A stretch of DNA of 64,000 bases. Source: Octopus bimaculoides. Lineage: Eukaryota. A program made the translations under genes and the position numbers. The stretch is taken from contig NC_068992.1 in NCBI RefSeq assembly GCF_001194135.2, positions 34,351,288 through 34,415,287 on the forward strand. The letters run 5' to 3'. Under the pieces are notes generated by a model. The model was not told the origin of the DNA. It saw only the letters and a list, made by a program, of their open reading frames with translations, and did no database searches. Shown one piece after another: positions 47,936 through 60,960 of this stretch; within the stretch, counting starts at the first letter, position 1, and each line of letters opens with the position of its first letter.

Positions 47936-49581
47936 CATCTGTCCATGCATTCATCCCTTCATACATGCGTATATATAATACGTTTTTTTTTTTAGTTAGT
48001 ATTAAGATATGTTAGAATTAAAAGGCTCTATCTCTATGGCTATCTGCCATTCTCAACAACAAATCAATTACAAGCATTCGACTCTGCCTGCTGTGTCGTA
48101 GTTAGTAAAAGTATTTATTTATGGACGATATCAACAGTAAAAAAGCAAATAAAGATGATGATAACTATAAAGATATATTTGTCTGAATATAGAATAACCT
48201 ATTGTATATGGGTGCAGCAAAAAGTAATAACAAAGAATATATAAATGGCAAAATGGAAGCCATATCTGTTCTGATGGAAGTACACAGAAGACAGTTCTGA
48301 AAAGCAGGCTTCAGTCAGTTAACAATATATAATAAAAGTAACTTACTGCATATTATATAGTTCCTGTTTAATCAGCTTGTTTGTCTGCATTCAAGAAAAA
48401 TATTTTTCACGACTACATTTTGAAAATCAAATGGTAACATCCATCTATATATGTGGTACCATGGCAAAAGTCTTTTGTTAGTACTATAAGAATATTCTCT
48501 CGAATGAATTGATAATTCCTTGGCATGACCAGACTTTGCCAAAGTGTAGTATTCTGCAGAGTTTGTCTCTCTGTTTAGTCATTCACATGGATTAACAACC
48601 TCTATAGTTCAATTCTAGAATAATTAATGGGGTATTTCCAGCGAGTGAACAGCTAATGTGAACTCTTGTGAAAATGGATCATTAAAGCACACTTCAATAG
48701 AAATTCATTGAAAAGCAAAAACTGCCCTAAATTCTTCAGACCTATCATTTCCATTCATCTTGCTAGGTTTTATTTCCAACTGCTATTTCTGCTATTTCAA
48801 CTAATACAATGTAAGTTTTACGATACCCACATAATAAAATAAATTTGTGTATTTGTTTCAGTAAGCAGCTAAGGACATGTTTAGGATTAAAATTAGGGCA
48901 AACAGCAATAATTACGTATTTCTACTTACATCTTAATATATTATCAATCTGTCTGTGAGGCTGTTCAGTTTTACTAGATATGCTACTGGAATGGTATTTG
49001 CTTTACTATTGCAGAGTGAGAAGAGCCACAATAGATGCAGTTGAATATTATAGGTAGTTTGCTTTCATAGAACTATAGTTAATTCAGGAGCCTCTACATC
49101 CTTGTCTACTGCTGTAGGTCATCCTTCTTAAAATGAGAAAATCCTACACTTCATCCATCACTTTTCTTAGACTTTGGCTGATGCAACCATTTTCAAACAG
49201 CAAAAATTACTTGTGAGTGCTTTAAGAACATACTAGTGGGGGCTTCCAATTGGAAATTTTTCCCCACCTAGATATGCTTAGAGTAAATATGAAATATGAA
49301 ATTGGTGCCTGAGATATTATACCTTCTTTTAGGTAAGTTTTGGTCTCTGATTCTAAATATGCCATTAATATTTTTCCACCACCTCTAGTTACTGAGATAT
49401 AATATAACCCTAACTTTAATGCATACAACCAATTGGACACTAAGATTGATGTCTACAAATAATTATTTTTGCCTTCTGGATTAATAAAACGAATTCATAC
49501 ATATGTAGATTTCTCTTATTTATGAAGAATTTACATTAGAGAATAAAATAATAATGAAATAAGTTCATTTACTTAGATATC

Positions 49582-51190
49582 TCATAAAAAGTGGCACTTC
49601 AAAGACTTCTTGCAGTGAGCTGCACCAGGGCAATCACTTTGAATAGACCAGTAGTAATCTGCCATCCTGTAGGCATCTCAGTGTCCCTGTGATCTTTCTT
49701 CCATAGTTCTTAAATCTTGGTGGAATTGTCCCCTCTGCTCTTCACTTAGGTCACCAAGGTTTTCTGGGAAACAATCCAAGAGGATACTCATTGTACAGCC
49801 AAGTTAAAAGAAAGAAGATAGCATTCTCTCTACTAGTTCAGTGTAATTATCTGCTCTATAGTTCCCAAGAAAATTCTGTACAACCATAGTGAAAGAAGAC
49901 CATGCATCTGCCTCAGTATTGTTCCTTGAATCTTTGAAATGTGGATCTTTTGTGAGTTCTCTAATTTGTAGACTGTCGAAAATACCTGCCTTCAGCTTCT
50001 CCACTCTCAGCACTGGAAATTTACTGCAGATGTAGCTGAAGCATCTCCCCTCTTTGTTCAGATCTTTTACACAATGTTTCATTAAACCTAATTTGGTGTG
50101 TAGTGGTGGTAAAATGATCTCATTCTGGTCAACTAATGGTTCTGAAATAACATTCTTTCTCTTACCACCATGTTTTCTCTCAGAGGCCACTGTTATTTTG
50201 TCCCATGCCCATCCTTAGATCTACTATCCCAGAGACAGATAAAGCAGGGATATTTAGAGTATCCACTCTGCTAGCCCAGGAGAAAATTCCCCATCTTCAG
50301 ATCCACACACATTGACCTGGTGACCCTGGTATGATATTTTCTGCAGGACCAGGGCAATTGTCTTTTGCTCTTCAGTCATCTTAGTTGAGTGACCAGTTGA
50401 GATTGATCCATATTTGTTTCCATTGTGCAGAAGCACACATTTTAAGCTCCAGTTAGAACTGTCTATGAACAGCTGCCATTCGCTTGGTAGATATTGTGAT
50501 ATGCCCATTTTCATCAGCAAGCCTTGAAAATTGTTGTGAAATGAACAGCAGCAAATCTCTTTCTTTATTGCAATAATATATGATTTTGGTTTCTGGATGC
50601 AATAAATTCTTCTCTGCTCGTCTAGAAACAAACAATTTTGCTTATTTAGCTCCCTGACGAGGTCGTTGAGCTCTGGCTGATTAAAAATTTGTGCCACTGA
50701 TGAGGTCTCTTCAAAATCACTGACATCATGACTATTGTTTACAGGTGAAGAACAAGATTCATCTTCTAGATTAATGAATGATGGAATAGGTATTTCATCT
50801 GAGTGTACAATAAGTCTTTTGCTGAGTCTAAGTCAGGATACATCCATTTACTCTGATTATGTCCATTAATGCCCTTTATGTTAACCAGACAGAAGTAACA
50901 ATCTTCATTGTGATTCCTCTGTTCTCTCCATACCACAGATATACAAAATTTAATATATTACAGACCATTTCCAATTCTATAATAACCCTGTCAGTGGCTT
51001 ATCCCAGATTCGTGTGCAAACAGCTGTACATTATCTCAAAAAGCAGAGCTGCTAGAAAAAAAATGAAGGACACATTTTTATTCAGAGGATTGAATATACC
51101 TAAAATCAGATCTAAAACCTGAGGCACCAAAAGACTTTTTTTGATTTGTTCTCCAGTGTTATTAGACAAGATTTGGCAAGCCATAGGATT
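49582..51190 (-). mobile_element. Decayed Chapaev3-like (CMC superfamily) DNA transposase
   Basis: WRE..NHNEDCYFCLVNIKG..YPDLDSAKR..HSDEIPIP; FNQPELNDLVRELN; LFIDSS..SLKCVLLHNGN; PPLHTKLGLMK; KLKAGIFD..QIRELT; FPENLGDLSEEQRGQFHQD..ME.R.QG..MADY.W. Family assignment is from memory of these motifs. Confidence 0.75.
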
Positions 51191-51591
51191 GCACCAAGCT
51201 CTTGTCTACTTTGGTATGGTTTCTACAGTTGGATACACTTCCTAACAGTAACCACTTTATAGAATGTACTGAGTGCTTTTTACATGGCACTAGTGAAGTT
51301 ATCAAGTACCTTGCAAGATAAGAACCCTCAATTAAAGTGAGGAGTAGTATTTATGAAAGTAGCTTTGTGCCAAGTGATGAGAAGTTAAAGTATGATAGAT
51401 ATGGCAATTACAATTAAAAGTGAGAAATAATAACTATTACACTATTACAATTAAATCTATTGAATTATATATACTGTTTCGACTTCTTTGTGGTCATCCT
51501 TGGTGGTGGATACTCATCCACTAGCGATAACAGTAGTTCATTCCAGCTTGCAATATATAGAAAACAAGTAGCACTCAGTCGTTGATCTTGC

Positions 51592-51993
51592 AACAAGCAA
51601 ATTAACTAGTCAAGAAAATCTCTATAAGAGATGAAAGCAGTAATTATACTGAGAAATAATTTTTGTTGCCGACCAAACATGGCTGTTCCATTGGGACCAA
51701 CATTACTGTTTATTTTAACACCAGGAGGATATCTCCTTCAGTAGTTTATTCAATTCAATCTGCACCACCAGGGATGATCATGAAGAGGTCGAAACCATAC
51801 AGTCTGGTGGCCGCATGGCTGGGAGACGGTAGGGGTTCACTCCCCTGCTTGCAATATATATTGGGTGCAGATTGCATCAAATAAACAACTGGAGCAGTAA
51901 CTTCTGTTTCTATGGAGCAGCCATGTTTAAGTGGCAATAATAATTACTGCTTTCATCTATGATAGATTTTCTTAACTAGCTAATTTGCTTGTT
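51592..51993. repeat. Imperfect foldback (arms 51592-51766 and 51864-51993) with a degenerate HHR-like motif in the spacer
   Basis: AACAAGCAAATTAACTAG..GATGAAAGCAGTAATTAT..AAACATGGCTG..AATCTGCACC is mirrored on the right side. Confidence 0.75.
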
Positions 51994-52000
51994 TCATATA

Positions 52001-55000
52001 TCATCATCGTCGTCATTGTAATCGTTGTCGTCATCATCATCATCATCACTTAACATCCACTCTCCATGCTGGCATGGGTGGGACGGTTTCCAAGAGCTGG
52101 CTAAGCAGAAGTTTGCACCAGATCTTGCAATTGTTTTGGCAGGATTTTTACAGCTGGATTCCCTCCCTAACACCAACTACTCAGCTGAATGGATTTAGTG
52201 CTTTTATGTGGCACAAGCACAGGCAAGATCAGTTTTGGCAAGGTTTTTACACCAACCACTTTACAGTGTGTACTGGGTGCTTTTAAGTGGCACCTGCACT
52301 AACACGGTCAACCAGTATTTGCAAAACAAAAAAAGTCTCTTTTGAGGGAGGAGGTGATCTTGACACACAGAGACAGAAACGGGTGTTATGCTGTAGAGGA
52401 GGTACAAGGCTACCTGGGTTGAGTGGGGGAGAGAGAGAGAGATATTCGGAATGAAGACAGAAACAGGCGCACTGCCGCAAAGGAATTACATGGTTACCCA
52501 ACCTGAGAGAAGTGCAAGGGTAGGAGAGAGAGAGAGTGGGAGACAGCAAGATAGAGATGGTGGCAAAGTATCAGGCATACTCAAAAGGGACGGGGATCAG
52601 AATATAAATAGGATGGTTGAGTAAAGGAAGAAAGAGAGATATTGATCATGGCAAGTGCTAGGGCATACTTTGAGGTTCAGATGTTATAATATAAGTAGGA
52701 GGATATTGCGAGGAAACATGATTAGAGAGTGCAAAGGGGGTGGCAAAAACCTGGGTATATATAGAGTCAGAGGGCTACTGGATAGTAATGATGCAGAGGA
52801 AGAAGGCCATGATGTCAGGATTGGGAAGTGATAGGTAGGCTTAATGTATGAAGGAGGAAAAGTGAGGAAGAGAAGAGATGTAGAGATATAGATTGGTTTG
52901 TTGGGGTAGGTGTGTGAAACGTTTTCTTGTTACATGTGTGTGTAACATACAGGTCGGGGCTAGCAGAAAGCAATGATACAGTGAGACAGAGCCAAGAGGA
53001 CAGGATTGGGGAGTAAGAGGTAAACATAGTGTATGAAGGGGAAATGCAAGGAAGTGAAGAGATGTAGTTTGGTTTGTTGTGGCAGAGTGTGTGAGAAGTT
53101 TTCTTGTTAAATGTGGATGGGACACAGCGATTCTAGAACTCAGTTATGCTGATGTGGGCTGGTCTTCTCAAGAACCTTATATTGCCAGACATCTCAGTTA
53201 ATATCCTGAGATCAGTCCTTACCACTTCATCCCATATCTTCCTGGGTCTCTCTCTCCCATCAGTACCATCCAGTTTCAGTGATTCATACATCTATATGCA
53301 GCTGTCCTCATTCATACACATCACATATCCAAACCAACATAGTCTTCTCTCTTGCATGCTACATTTAATTCCTCTTATGCCCAACTTTTCTCTCAATACA
53401 TTTGCACTTTGTCGTACATGCACACTGATGTTGCACACCCAACAGAGTATACAGCCTTCATTTTTCACCATGTCTTCTGCATTCAGAGCCCATGTCTCAC
53501 TACCATGGAGTATAGCCGTTCACACACATGCAACATACAGTCTACCTTTCACTCTGAAAGAGAGTCCTTTTGCTGCCAACAGAGGTAATAGCTCTCTGAT
53601 CTTCTTTCACCCTATTCTTATTCTAGAAACAATACATTCAGAGCATCCTCCACCATTACTAATTTGGTCACCTAGGTAAGAGAAACTATCTACAAACTCG
53701 AGAGAGCCTCTTGAGTATTTGAGAGAATCTAAGTCACATTCACTCTTAGTACTTATCTGCACATCTGCCACATACAAAGACAACTTTATCTGTTAATCAA
53801 CCTGTGATTCCACTGTAACTCTTATGCGTCCATATTTTACACTGGGTGCAGCAAATGGAATTTCTTCCAACTACTTTCTTACATATTGAGCAGAACCATT
53901 TACTTGATGGAAAGAGAGTTTTATCTTCTTTCTTACTAACAACAACTGGGTTAACTTTATGGCCTGAAGGACTACAATGAGAACTGAACCCTAGTGAACG
54001 CCTACATGTACATTAAATTTATCACTGTATGCATGGCTGACTCTCACCTTACTGACAGCACCATTGTACATGACTTGTACAGCTCTAACAAGCCACTCCT
54101 AACTTCCTTAGTGGGGAACTCTGTCAAAAGCTTTCTCCAGGTCAACAAAAGCTAAGTATGATGGCTTACTTTTGGCCAAATACTTTTCCTGCAGCTGCCT
54201 AACTAGGAAGATGGCATATATGGTACTCTTCCCAGGTACAAAACAAAACTGCATCTCATCTAGTTTAACTTTATTTCTAATCAATTGAGCTATAACCCTC
54301 GCAGTAACTTTCATGAGTTGGTCTAGCAATTTAATGCCTCTGTAGTTGTTTCTGTCTCAGGCATCACCTTTACCCTTGTAGTAGCTAATTATAATGCTAC
54401 TACACCAGTCATTGGGTATGGTACCTTCCTGAATAACCTGATTAACTATATGGGTGACTAAGTTGTATCCTACACCACCAGAAATTTTAGTCATCTCAGC
54501 AGTGATTCTTGATGGCCCAGAGACTTTCCCTGTCTTCATGTCCTTAATTGCCTTATCTATTATGCTGCTATCAACTCTGGTAGCTGGTCCCTCAATTGGT
54601 TTGACATTTAGTAGACTCTCCTTCTCCCATTCATTTTCCACATTTAGTAGCCTTTCATTGTGACACTTCCATGCATTTTTCTTCTCTGAGTCACTAAGTG
54701 CAAGCATACCACTATCTAATCACACGCATTTCTCATCTACTACACCTCTATTCACTCTGATACACTGCTTTGCAATCCTAAACACCTTACACCTCTGATC
54801 CTCATGCTACAGAACACTTGCATATCTCTTACCTTCAGCTACTCCTTTTGCTATGTATACCTGACGCTTAGCTGCCCTTTTGGCTACTTGATATAATTCT
54901 CTGCTTCCACCATTTTTCCAATCTTTTCAAACCTGTCTTTTTGCTTTTGTAGCACTGTTAACCTCCTTACTCCATCACCATGTCACCCTTGGTCTAGATG

Positions 55001-55090
55001 GAACTCTGCATCAACCACAGATTTCGTCTGTAGCCCATAGGAGGAATTCCAACTACATTTCATGGTTTGCTACCTCAACAGCTCCTTTAT
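52001..55090 (-). mobile_element. Old 5'-truncated RTE LINE (linker, RT, long GA-rich 3' UTR, (GAT)n tail at about 52001-52050)
   Basis: ATDEICG..RVTWW; AWKCHNERLLNVENEW; YKGKGDA; YRGIKLLDQLMKV..QFCFVPGKSTIYAIFLVRQLQEKYL..AFVDLEKAFDRVP; tail CCATGCCAGCATGGAGAGTGGATGTTAAGT(GAT)n. Confidence 0.9.
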
Positions 55091-55593
55091 AGGATCCAGT
55101 GGCTAAAGACATCATCAGGGGGAACCACATCTAGTTTTGGCCCCTATTCCTCTATCATTGTGGTGAGGTCCCCCTTTAGGTGTCTTCAGCTCTGGTGTTG
55201 AGCATGTTTTTTCTTTCTACTTTTTTCTTTTGTATTTTTGGTTTCTTCGATGCAGCATCAACGAATGTCAGCAGGCGGCTGACCATCATGCCAAATTTCC
55301 CTTTATATACTCACCAGTAGGCTCCAGCAGACAGCATCAGTTGACTGTCACATGACACTGTCTAAGCTTCAACTGACTACTGGAGGGGAAGGGCGTGTAC
55401 TTTTTGGTCACACCCTCTAAATCTATCTTCCAACAGTGTCCTGTTAGTTTCTGTTCCAGTAGCTAGAGGCCACCAGCTGTTTGGTGGTACAAGCCTTCAA
55501 AACAGGAGGGTGCACTATGAACGAGATCGCTACCTTCACCCACCTGTCAATCAGTGATGCTGCTTAAGTGTCAGAAAGCCTCAACTAGTGACA

Positions 55594-56882
55594 CTATTTC
55601 CCAGTCATCATGTTATGCCTTTCAAGCCATTTTGGGTCTTCTCGCTTCAGCCACATATAGAAGCTGGCTTTTTTGACTGCCTTCTGCATCCTCCTTATTA
55701 CTTTTCTCAGCTCTGAGCTTGAAAATGCAAACCTTCTTTTAAATAACATCATCATTTTCCTTTGAATGAAGCCTCTAGCCCCCACTGCCAGGGGGGAATA
55801 CTCGACAATCCATCCCTGTTCTCCGCACTCTTCTCCTTCTGTTCCTCTGCATTAATGATGTTCTCTTCCCATGGCACTGTCAACTCTAGCAAAATTTCAA
55901 TTTTCCGTTCTGTGTTCCATAGGATTAAGTCCGGTCTTTTTGTTGTTTTTATGAGTGGAAATATTAACAGTCTTTCCAAATCTGTAGCCAGCTCCCAGAA
56001 TCCATTCCATCTTTCCTTTGTCTCGTATATTTTATTTGAAGGCCTGGCCTTATGTCCTTTTCCCTTCTTCTGGAAGTATATTTTTCTTTGCTTTTCCACT
56101 TTTAGGTATTCTCTCCTTGAGTGTTGTGCTTATACCACCGAGGACTTGATTGTGCTGCCATGTATATCTGTCTTGTGCTAGCCTGCAGTTTGACAGAACA
56201 TGTCTTACCATTGCTTTCTCTCCACACCTACATTCATCAGTTGTTTGTATGTTCCACCGGACTAAATTCACTAGTGAAGGTAAAACATTGAAGGTTGACT
56301 TGATCAGGAAGGATGTTCTTGCTTGTTCTCAAGCCCAAATCTCCTTCCATGTGATTCTGCAACTGACTACATATTCCTCCCACCTCAGGCACTGACCCTA
56401 TTGACTACATTCTACCAAATGTACATTTTGCCTTTCTTCTTCCTCCTTTCTCACTTCATGTACCACTGCCTCCTTCATCTCTTTTACACTTCTCATGCAA
56501 AATGGCTTGAAATTGTGCAACCCTAGACCAGCTCTTGCTTCTTGCATTGCTCCGACTATATCGGCATACCCTAGCTTTCCAGTCAACCTGTTTACTTCCT
56601 CTTTCACTTTCCATTCCCTCCCTGTTCGTACCTTTGGAGGGTTTTTTCGGATGTTCTGATCTTTTGAATAGCTTAGCACCATTACTGTCCTTAACTTTCC
56701 TGCCTTATATTCTTTGGCGATTGATGTTATCTGTAGTTGCAGCACGGGTTTTCCGTATCGTGCAGTTGTATTCAGTGGTTTTGGAAGACCAAGTCATTTT
56801 CTGATAAACACACTGCATCTTTGTTCCATCCTTTCTATTCTACTTGAGGCTATTGCGTACATCTGCAATGGCCACATTATCC
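55594..56882 (-). mobile_element. Hero-like non-LTR retrotransposon 3' portion (RT thumb, CCHC knuckle, REL endonuclease); 55090-55593 may be its 3' UTR
   Basis: PRIMWPLQMYAI..IE..EQ..FIRK.LGLP; TGREWK..IVGAMQEARAGLG; CRCGEKAMVRHVLSNC..RYTWQHNQVL; RPDLILW..ILLELTVPWEE; GARGF..ASFYMWLKRED. Confidence 0.8.
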
Positions 56883-56885
56883 TTG

Positions 56886-57020
56886 AGGCAGCAAGCTGGC
56901 AGCATTGTTAGCAGACCGGACAAAATGTATTGTGGCATTTCAAATTCTGAATTCAAATTCTACCGAAGTCAACTTTGCCACTCGTCCTTTCAGGGTTCAT
57001 AAAATAAGTACCAGTTGAAT
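56886..57020 (+). mobile_element. tRNA-derived SINE, family B, 5' part
   Basis: GGCAGCAAGCTGGCAGCATTGTTAGCA..GAATTCAAATTC..GTCAACTTTGCC..TCCTTTCAGGGTTCATAAAATAAGTACCAG. Confidence 0.7.
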
Positions 57021-57198
57021 GGCAGCCCAGTCAAGATGGTATTTTTTCTTCTCTTACTCTTGTTTTTTGCACACATCTACAAAATGACTTTCTAAAATGA
57101 AATTCCATTACGCAGCTGAGGAGTACATTTTCATTACACATTTTATGTAATGTTCTCACTACATGAATAAATGAAGTTTGTACGAAACGTACGTACTA

Positions 57199-57508
57199 CT
57201 ATAACCTATTGAATTTTTGTTGCTTTTCTTCAAATTTTATTCACCAAATCTCTTGATTTTGTTTTTGGTTTTTACCCTACCAAATTCTGGTGCCTCAAAC
57301 ATTTTAAGTATCACATTTAATCTTTTGATTAAATCTATATTATTATATATAAATTTATATATAATAATATAGATTTAATCAAAAGATTAAATGTGATACT
57401 TAAAATGTTTGAGGCACCAGAATTTGGTAGGGTAAAAACCAAAAACAAAATCAAGAGATTTGGTGAATAAAATTTGAAGAAAAGCAACAAAAATTCAATA
57501 GGTTATAG
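57199..57508. repeat. Perfect 310-bp palindrome ending at an N gap
   Basis: Centre AAA|TTT at 57353/57354; I found no mismatch between the arms and there is no spacer. Confidence 0.9.
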
Positions 57509-57656
57509 NNNNNNNNNNNNNNNNNNNNNNNNNNNNNNNNNNNNNNNNNNNNNNNNNNNNNNNNNNNNNNNNNNNNNNNNNNNNNNNNNNNNNNNNNNNN
57601 NNNNNNNNNNNNNNNNNNNNNNNNNNNNNNNNNNNNNNNNNNNNNNNNNNNNNNNN
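57509..57656. other. Assembly gap (N run)
   Basis: Continuous Ns. Confidence 1.
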
Positions 57657-58430
57657 TAATTCCTTTAGAGATAAAAATTATAAACCTAATAATAGAAATA
57701 GCAAAGAAAAAAAACCTGGTTAATAATCCCATATGGGAAGCACGTTAAAACAAATATTATTAAAGAAATTCTAAATATAATCGAAATATTCATTAAAGAC
57801 AATAAAAAATATGAAGACATCTTCTATAGTATGAACTTAGGGGTTGGATACTCCACTACTAACAACGTTGGTAACATCATCTCATCTTTTAACAAGTTTA
57901 AATTGAACAAGTTCTAAAATAATAAATCAAGCCACACTCCAAATAATAATAATAATAATAATAATAATAGGGACCAGAAAATAACTAACTGCGCATGCAG
58001 AGACAAAACTAAATGCAAATTTAACAATAAATGTAATTTAGAGAATGTCGTATATCAATGTGTAGTTACTCCCAATGATTATAATAAGAATAGACACAGT
58101 TGAAACACGATTTACATTGGCTCAAACCTCTAATAAAATCAAATCCCGAGTGGCCCAACATATGCACTCTTTTAAGAATAGCAACTTAATTAATTCCACT
58201 GGCCTTAGCAAGTACATATGGGACCTTAAATCGAAAGGAATAGAATAGAATTTAAAATGGGAAATAGTTTGTAAGGCTTAATCTTACCGAACAGGCAGTA
58301 AATTCTGCTCCTTATGCACTAACGAGTTTATTGAGATACTATTCACTAATAACAAAAAATTAATAAACTCCCAAGATGAACGAAAAATTAAATGCAGATA
58401 TAAACTCAACTTTTTATATAATAAGTTTAG
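57657..58430 (+). mobile_element. Penelope-like element: linker and GIY-YIG remnant
   Basis: PYGKHVKTNIIKEILNII..VGYSTTNNVGNIISSFNK; CACRDKTKC; ENVVYQCVV..TIYIGS; IKSRVAQHMHSFKN..STGLSKYIWDLK..KWEIV..CSLCTNE. Confidence 0.9.
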
Positions 58431-58854
58431 ATAATTATTCACACAACTCTATTGTAATATCTGCTTAGTTACGACCTCGTAATAGGGTATAAGTTCAGGT
58501 AGTGAGTTGCGATAGCCTTGTGTGTAATACTCTGCTAATAGATATACACTAACCTTAGTCTTTTTATACTTATTGTTATAAACCCTCAGCAGTAATTAGT
58601 CTTGCTAATACGTAGGTCTTGATTATGCGTGGTTCGAGATAATATTAACTTTCTACTTGGAGACGCTTTATAAGTCCACCGTAATACTACCTTCCTTCAT
58701 TTTTAGTTATTGTATATTTTTCGTACCCTTAAATACTTTTATATTTTTGCTCCCATCACTTCTTTCACTATTTTTTCTTCTACTCTTTTACATAACAGCA
58801 TAATATTGTTTGATTCCAGGTCTACGCACTTACCTTGTCATCATTTCTTCTTAG

Positions 58855-60960
58855 TTTTTCTTCCCTGTCTTGAGTTCCTCTGTTATTTCCAGGAGGACTA
58901 TGATGAATAAGAGGGGGCTGAGGACTGATCCTTGGTAGATCCCTACCCCTACCCGGAATTCTTCACAATACTCATTGCCAACCCTCACCTTACTGACAGC
59001 ATCCCTGTACACTAACCACTCATTTATCCCTAGTTTCCACACTGACCACCAGATAAGGGATCGGAGAACCCTGTCAAAAGCTTTCTCCATGTCAATGAAA
59101 GCTAAGTACACAGGTTTATCTTTGGTGAGGTATTTCTCCTGCAGCTGTCTTACCAGAAATATAGCATCAGTGGTGCCTTTCCCTGCACAAACCCAGGCTG
59201 CATCTCGTCTAGACTAACTCTCTCTCTCTCTAATTAGTTGGGCTATGACCCTCTCTGTGACTTTCATTACCTGATCCAACAACTTGATACCTCTGTAATT
59301 ATTTGTATCTAATGCATCACCTTTACCTTTGTAGCAGTTGACTATGGTACTGCTACACCAGTCATTGGGTATCACTCCTTCGTGTATCACCTGATTGACT
59401 ATATGGTTGACTAGACTAAAGCCGACACCGCCAGATATTTTAAGCATCTCTGTGGTGATTCCTGATGGGCTGGGAGCTTTCTCTGTCTTCATATCCTTAA
59501 TTGCTTTATCTACCAATGTACTGTTAATTCGGGAGCTGGTCCCCTCTGTTGGATCAACATTTGGCAGACTATCTTTCTCCCATTCATTCTCTTCATTTAG
59601 CAGCCTTTCATAGTGGCGTCTCCAAGCCTCTCTCTTTGTAGCCTCATTAAATGCAAGTGAATCATCATCCATGCAGACTCATTTCTCTCCTATGACATCA
59701 CGATTCTCTCACACATACTGTCTTGCAACACGAAACACTTCAAGTCTTTAGTCCTCACAAAGCAGAACATTGGCAAATTTTTTTCTTATCTGCTTCCCCT
59801 CTGGCTCAGTAAACTTGTCTCCTAGCTTCACTTCTGGCAATCTGATACAGTTCCTTGTTCTTCCTGTCCTTCCATGCCTGATTCTTTTCCTTAATGGCCC
59901 TGTCGACTACATTGTTCCACCACCACGTTACCTTGGGTCGAGAAGGGACTTGTCAGTAGCCCTCAACAGGTTCTCCTGTATGAACTTCCAGTTGTCTTCC
60001 ACATTATGTGATGCTATATCGTCTTCTATTTCGTCAAAAGCTTCGAGTAATACGTTTCTAAATCTCTGTCCATTCACAGGATCCTTAAGCTGATTCTGAA
60101 TTCATTAACTACTAATCTATGTTGTGGGGTGCATTCTTCACCTGGGAAGGTTTGAGCATTTATAAATAGCCATCTTTCCACTTTCCTGGTGAGGAAGTAG
60201 TCAATCTGACTAGTGTGTCCACCCTACAGGTAGGTGAACAGGTGACTGGCAAGTTCCCTGAAGTTAGTATTGCAAACCATAAGATCATTTGTATTGCAGA
60301 ACTCCAGCAGCCTAGTTCCTCCCTCATTGCAGGAACCAAAACCATAGCTACCATGTACATCATCGAAGCCTCCTGCGTGTTGCCCAACATGCCCATTGAA
60401 GTCGACAGCCACAAAGAGAAGGTCCCTGTCGATGAGGTAGTCTGCAAGAGGGTATCATAAAATCTATCTTTCTGTTCATCAGGTAGTCCTGGCTGAGGAG
60501 CATAAGCCAAGATAATGGTTGCTAATCCACGTTGCAGCACTAATCTAAGCCTAAGTATTCTATCACAGACTTTGACTACCTCGATTAACTTATCAACCCA
60601 TTTCTCTGCAAAAAGTATACCCATGCCTCCAACCCCATCATTGTTCCCTACCCAGAAAATCTTATACCTATGTTCTTTGCTAGTGAGGAACCTAGCAGAA
60701 CTTCTCCACTTTACCGCTTCGATGCAACACAAATCTAAATGTCTCAATTCAAGCATCTCAACAATCTCACCAGACCTATTTTTCAATGTGCCAACTATGA
60801 GGGTGTGGAAGGTGTGGGCCCACGAAACTCTGGGATGGGGGACGGCAGCATCATTTACTTGAAAAGAAAGCTTGCATTTGGCAGAACTCATAAACATACA
60901 TTAGCCTTCAACCTACATACACTACGCCATCATTTTATGCACTACATAACTACTACATTG
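58855..60960 (-). mobile_element. RTE LINE 5' portion: APE endonuclease plus RT N-terminal half, 3' end missing
   Basis: VGTLKNRSGEIVEML..DLCCIEAVKWR..GVGGMGIL..VCDRILRLRL..AYAPQ..KDRFYD (APE); DFNGHVG; YKGKGDALDTNNYRGIKLL; AFIDMEKAFDRV; QGSVLSPLLFIIV. Confidence 0.95.
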
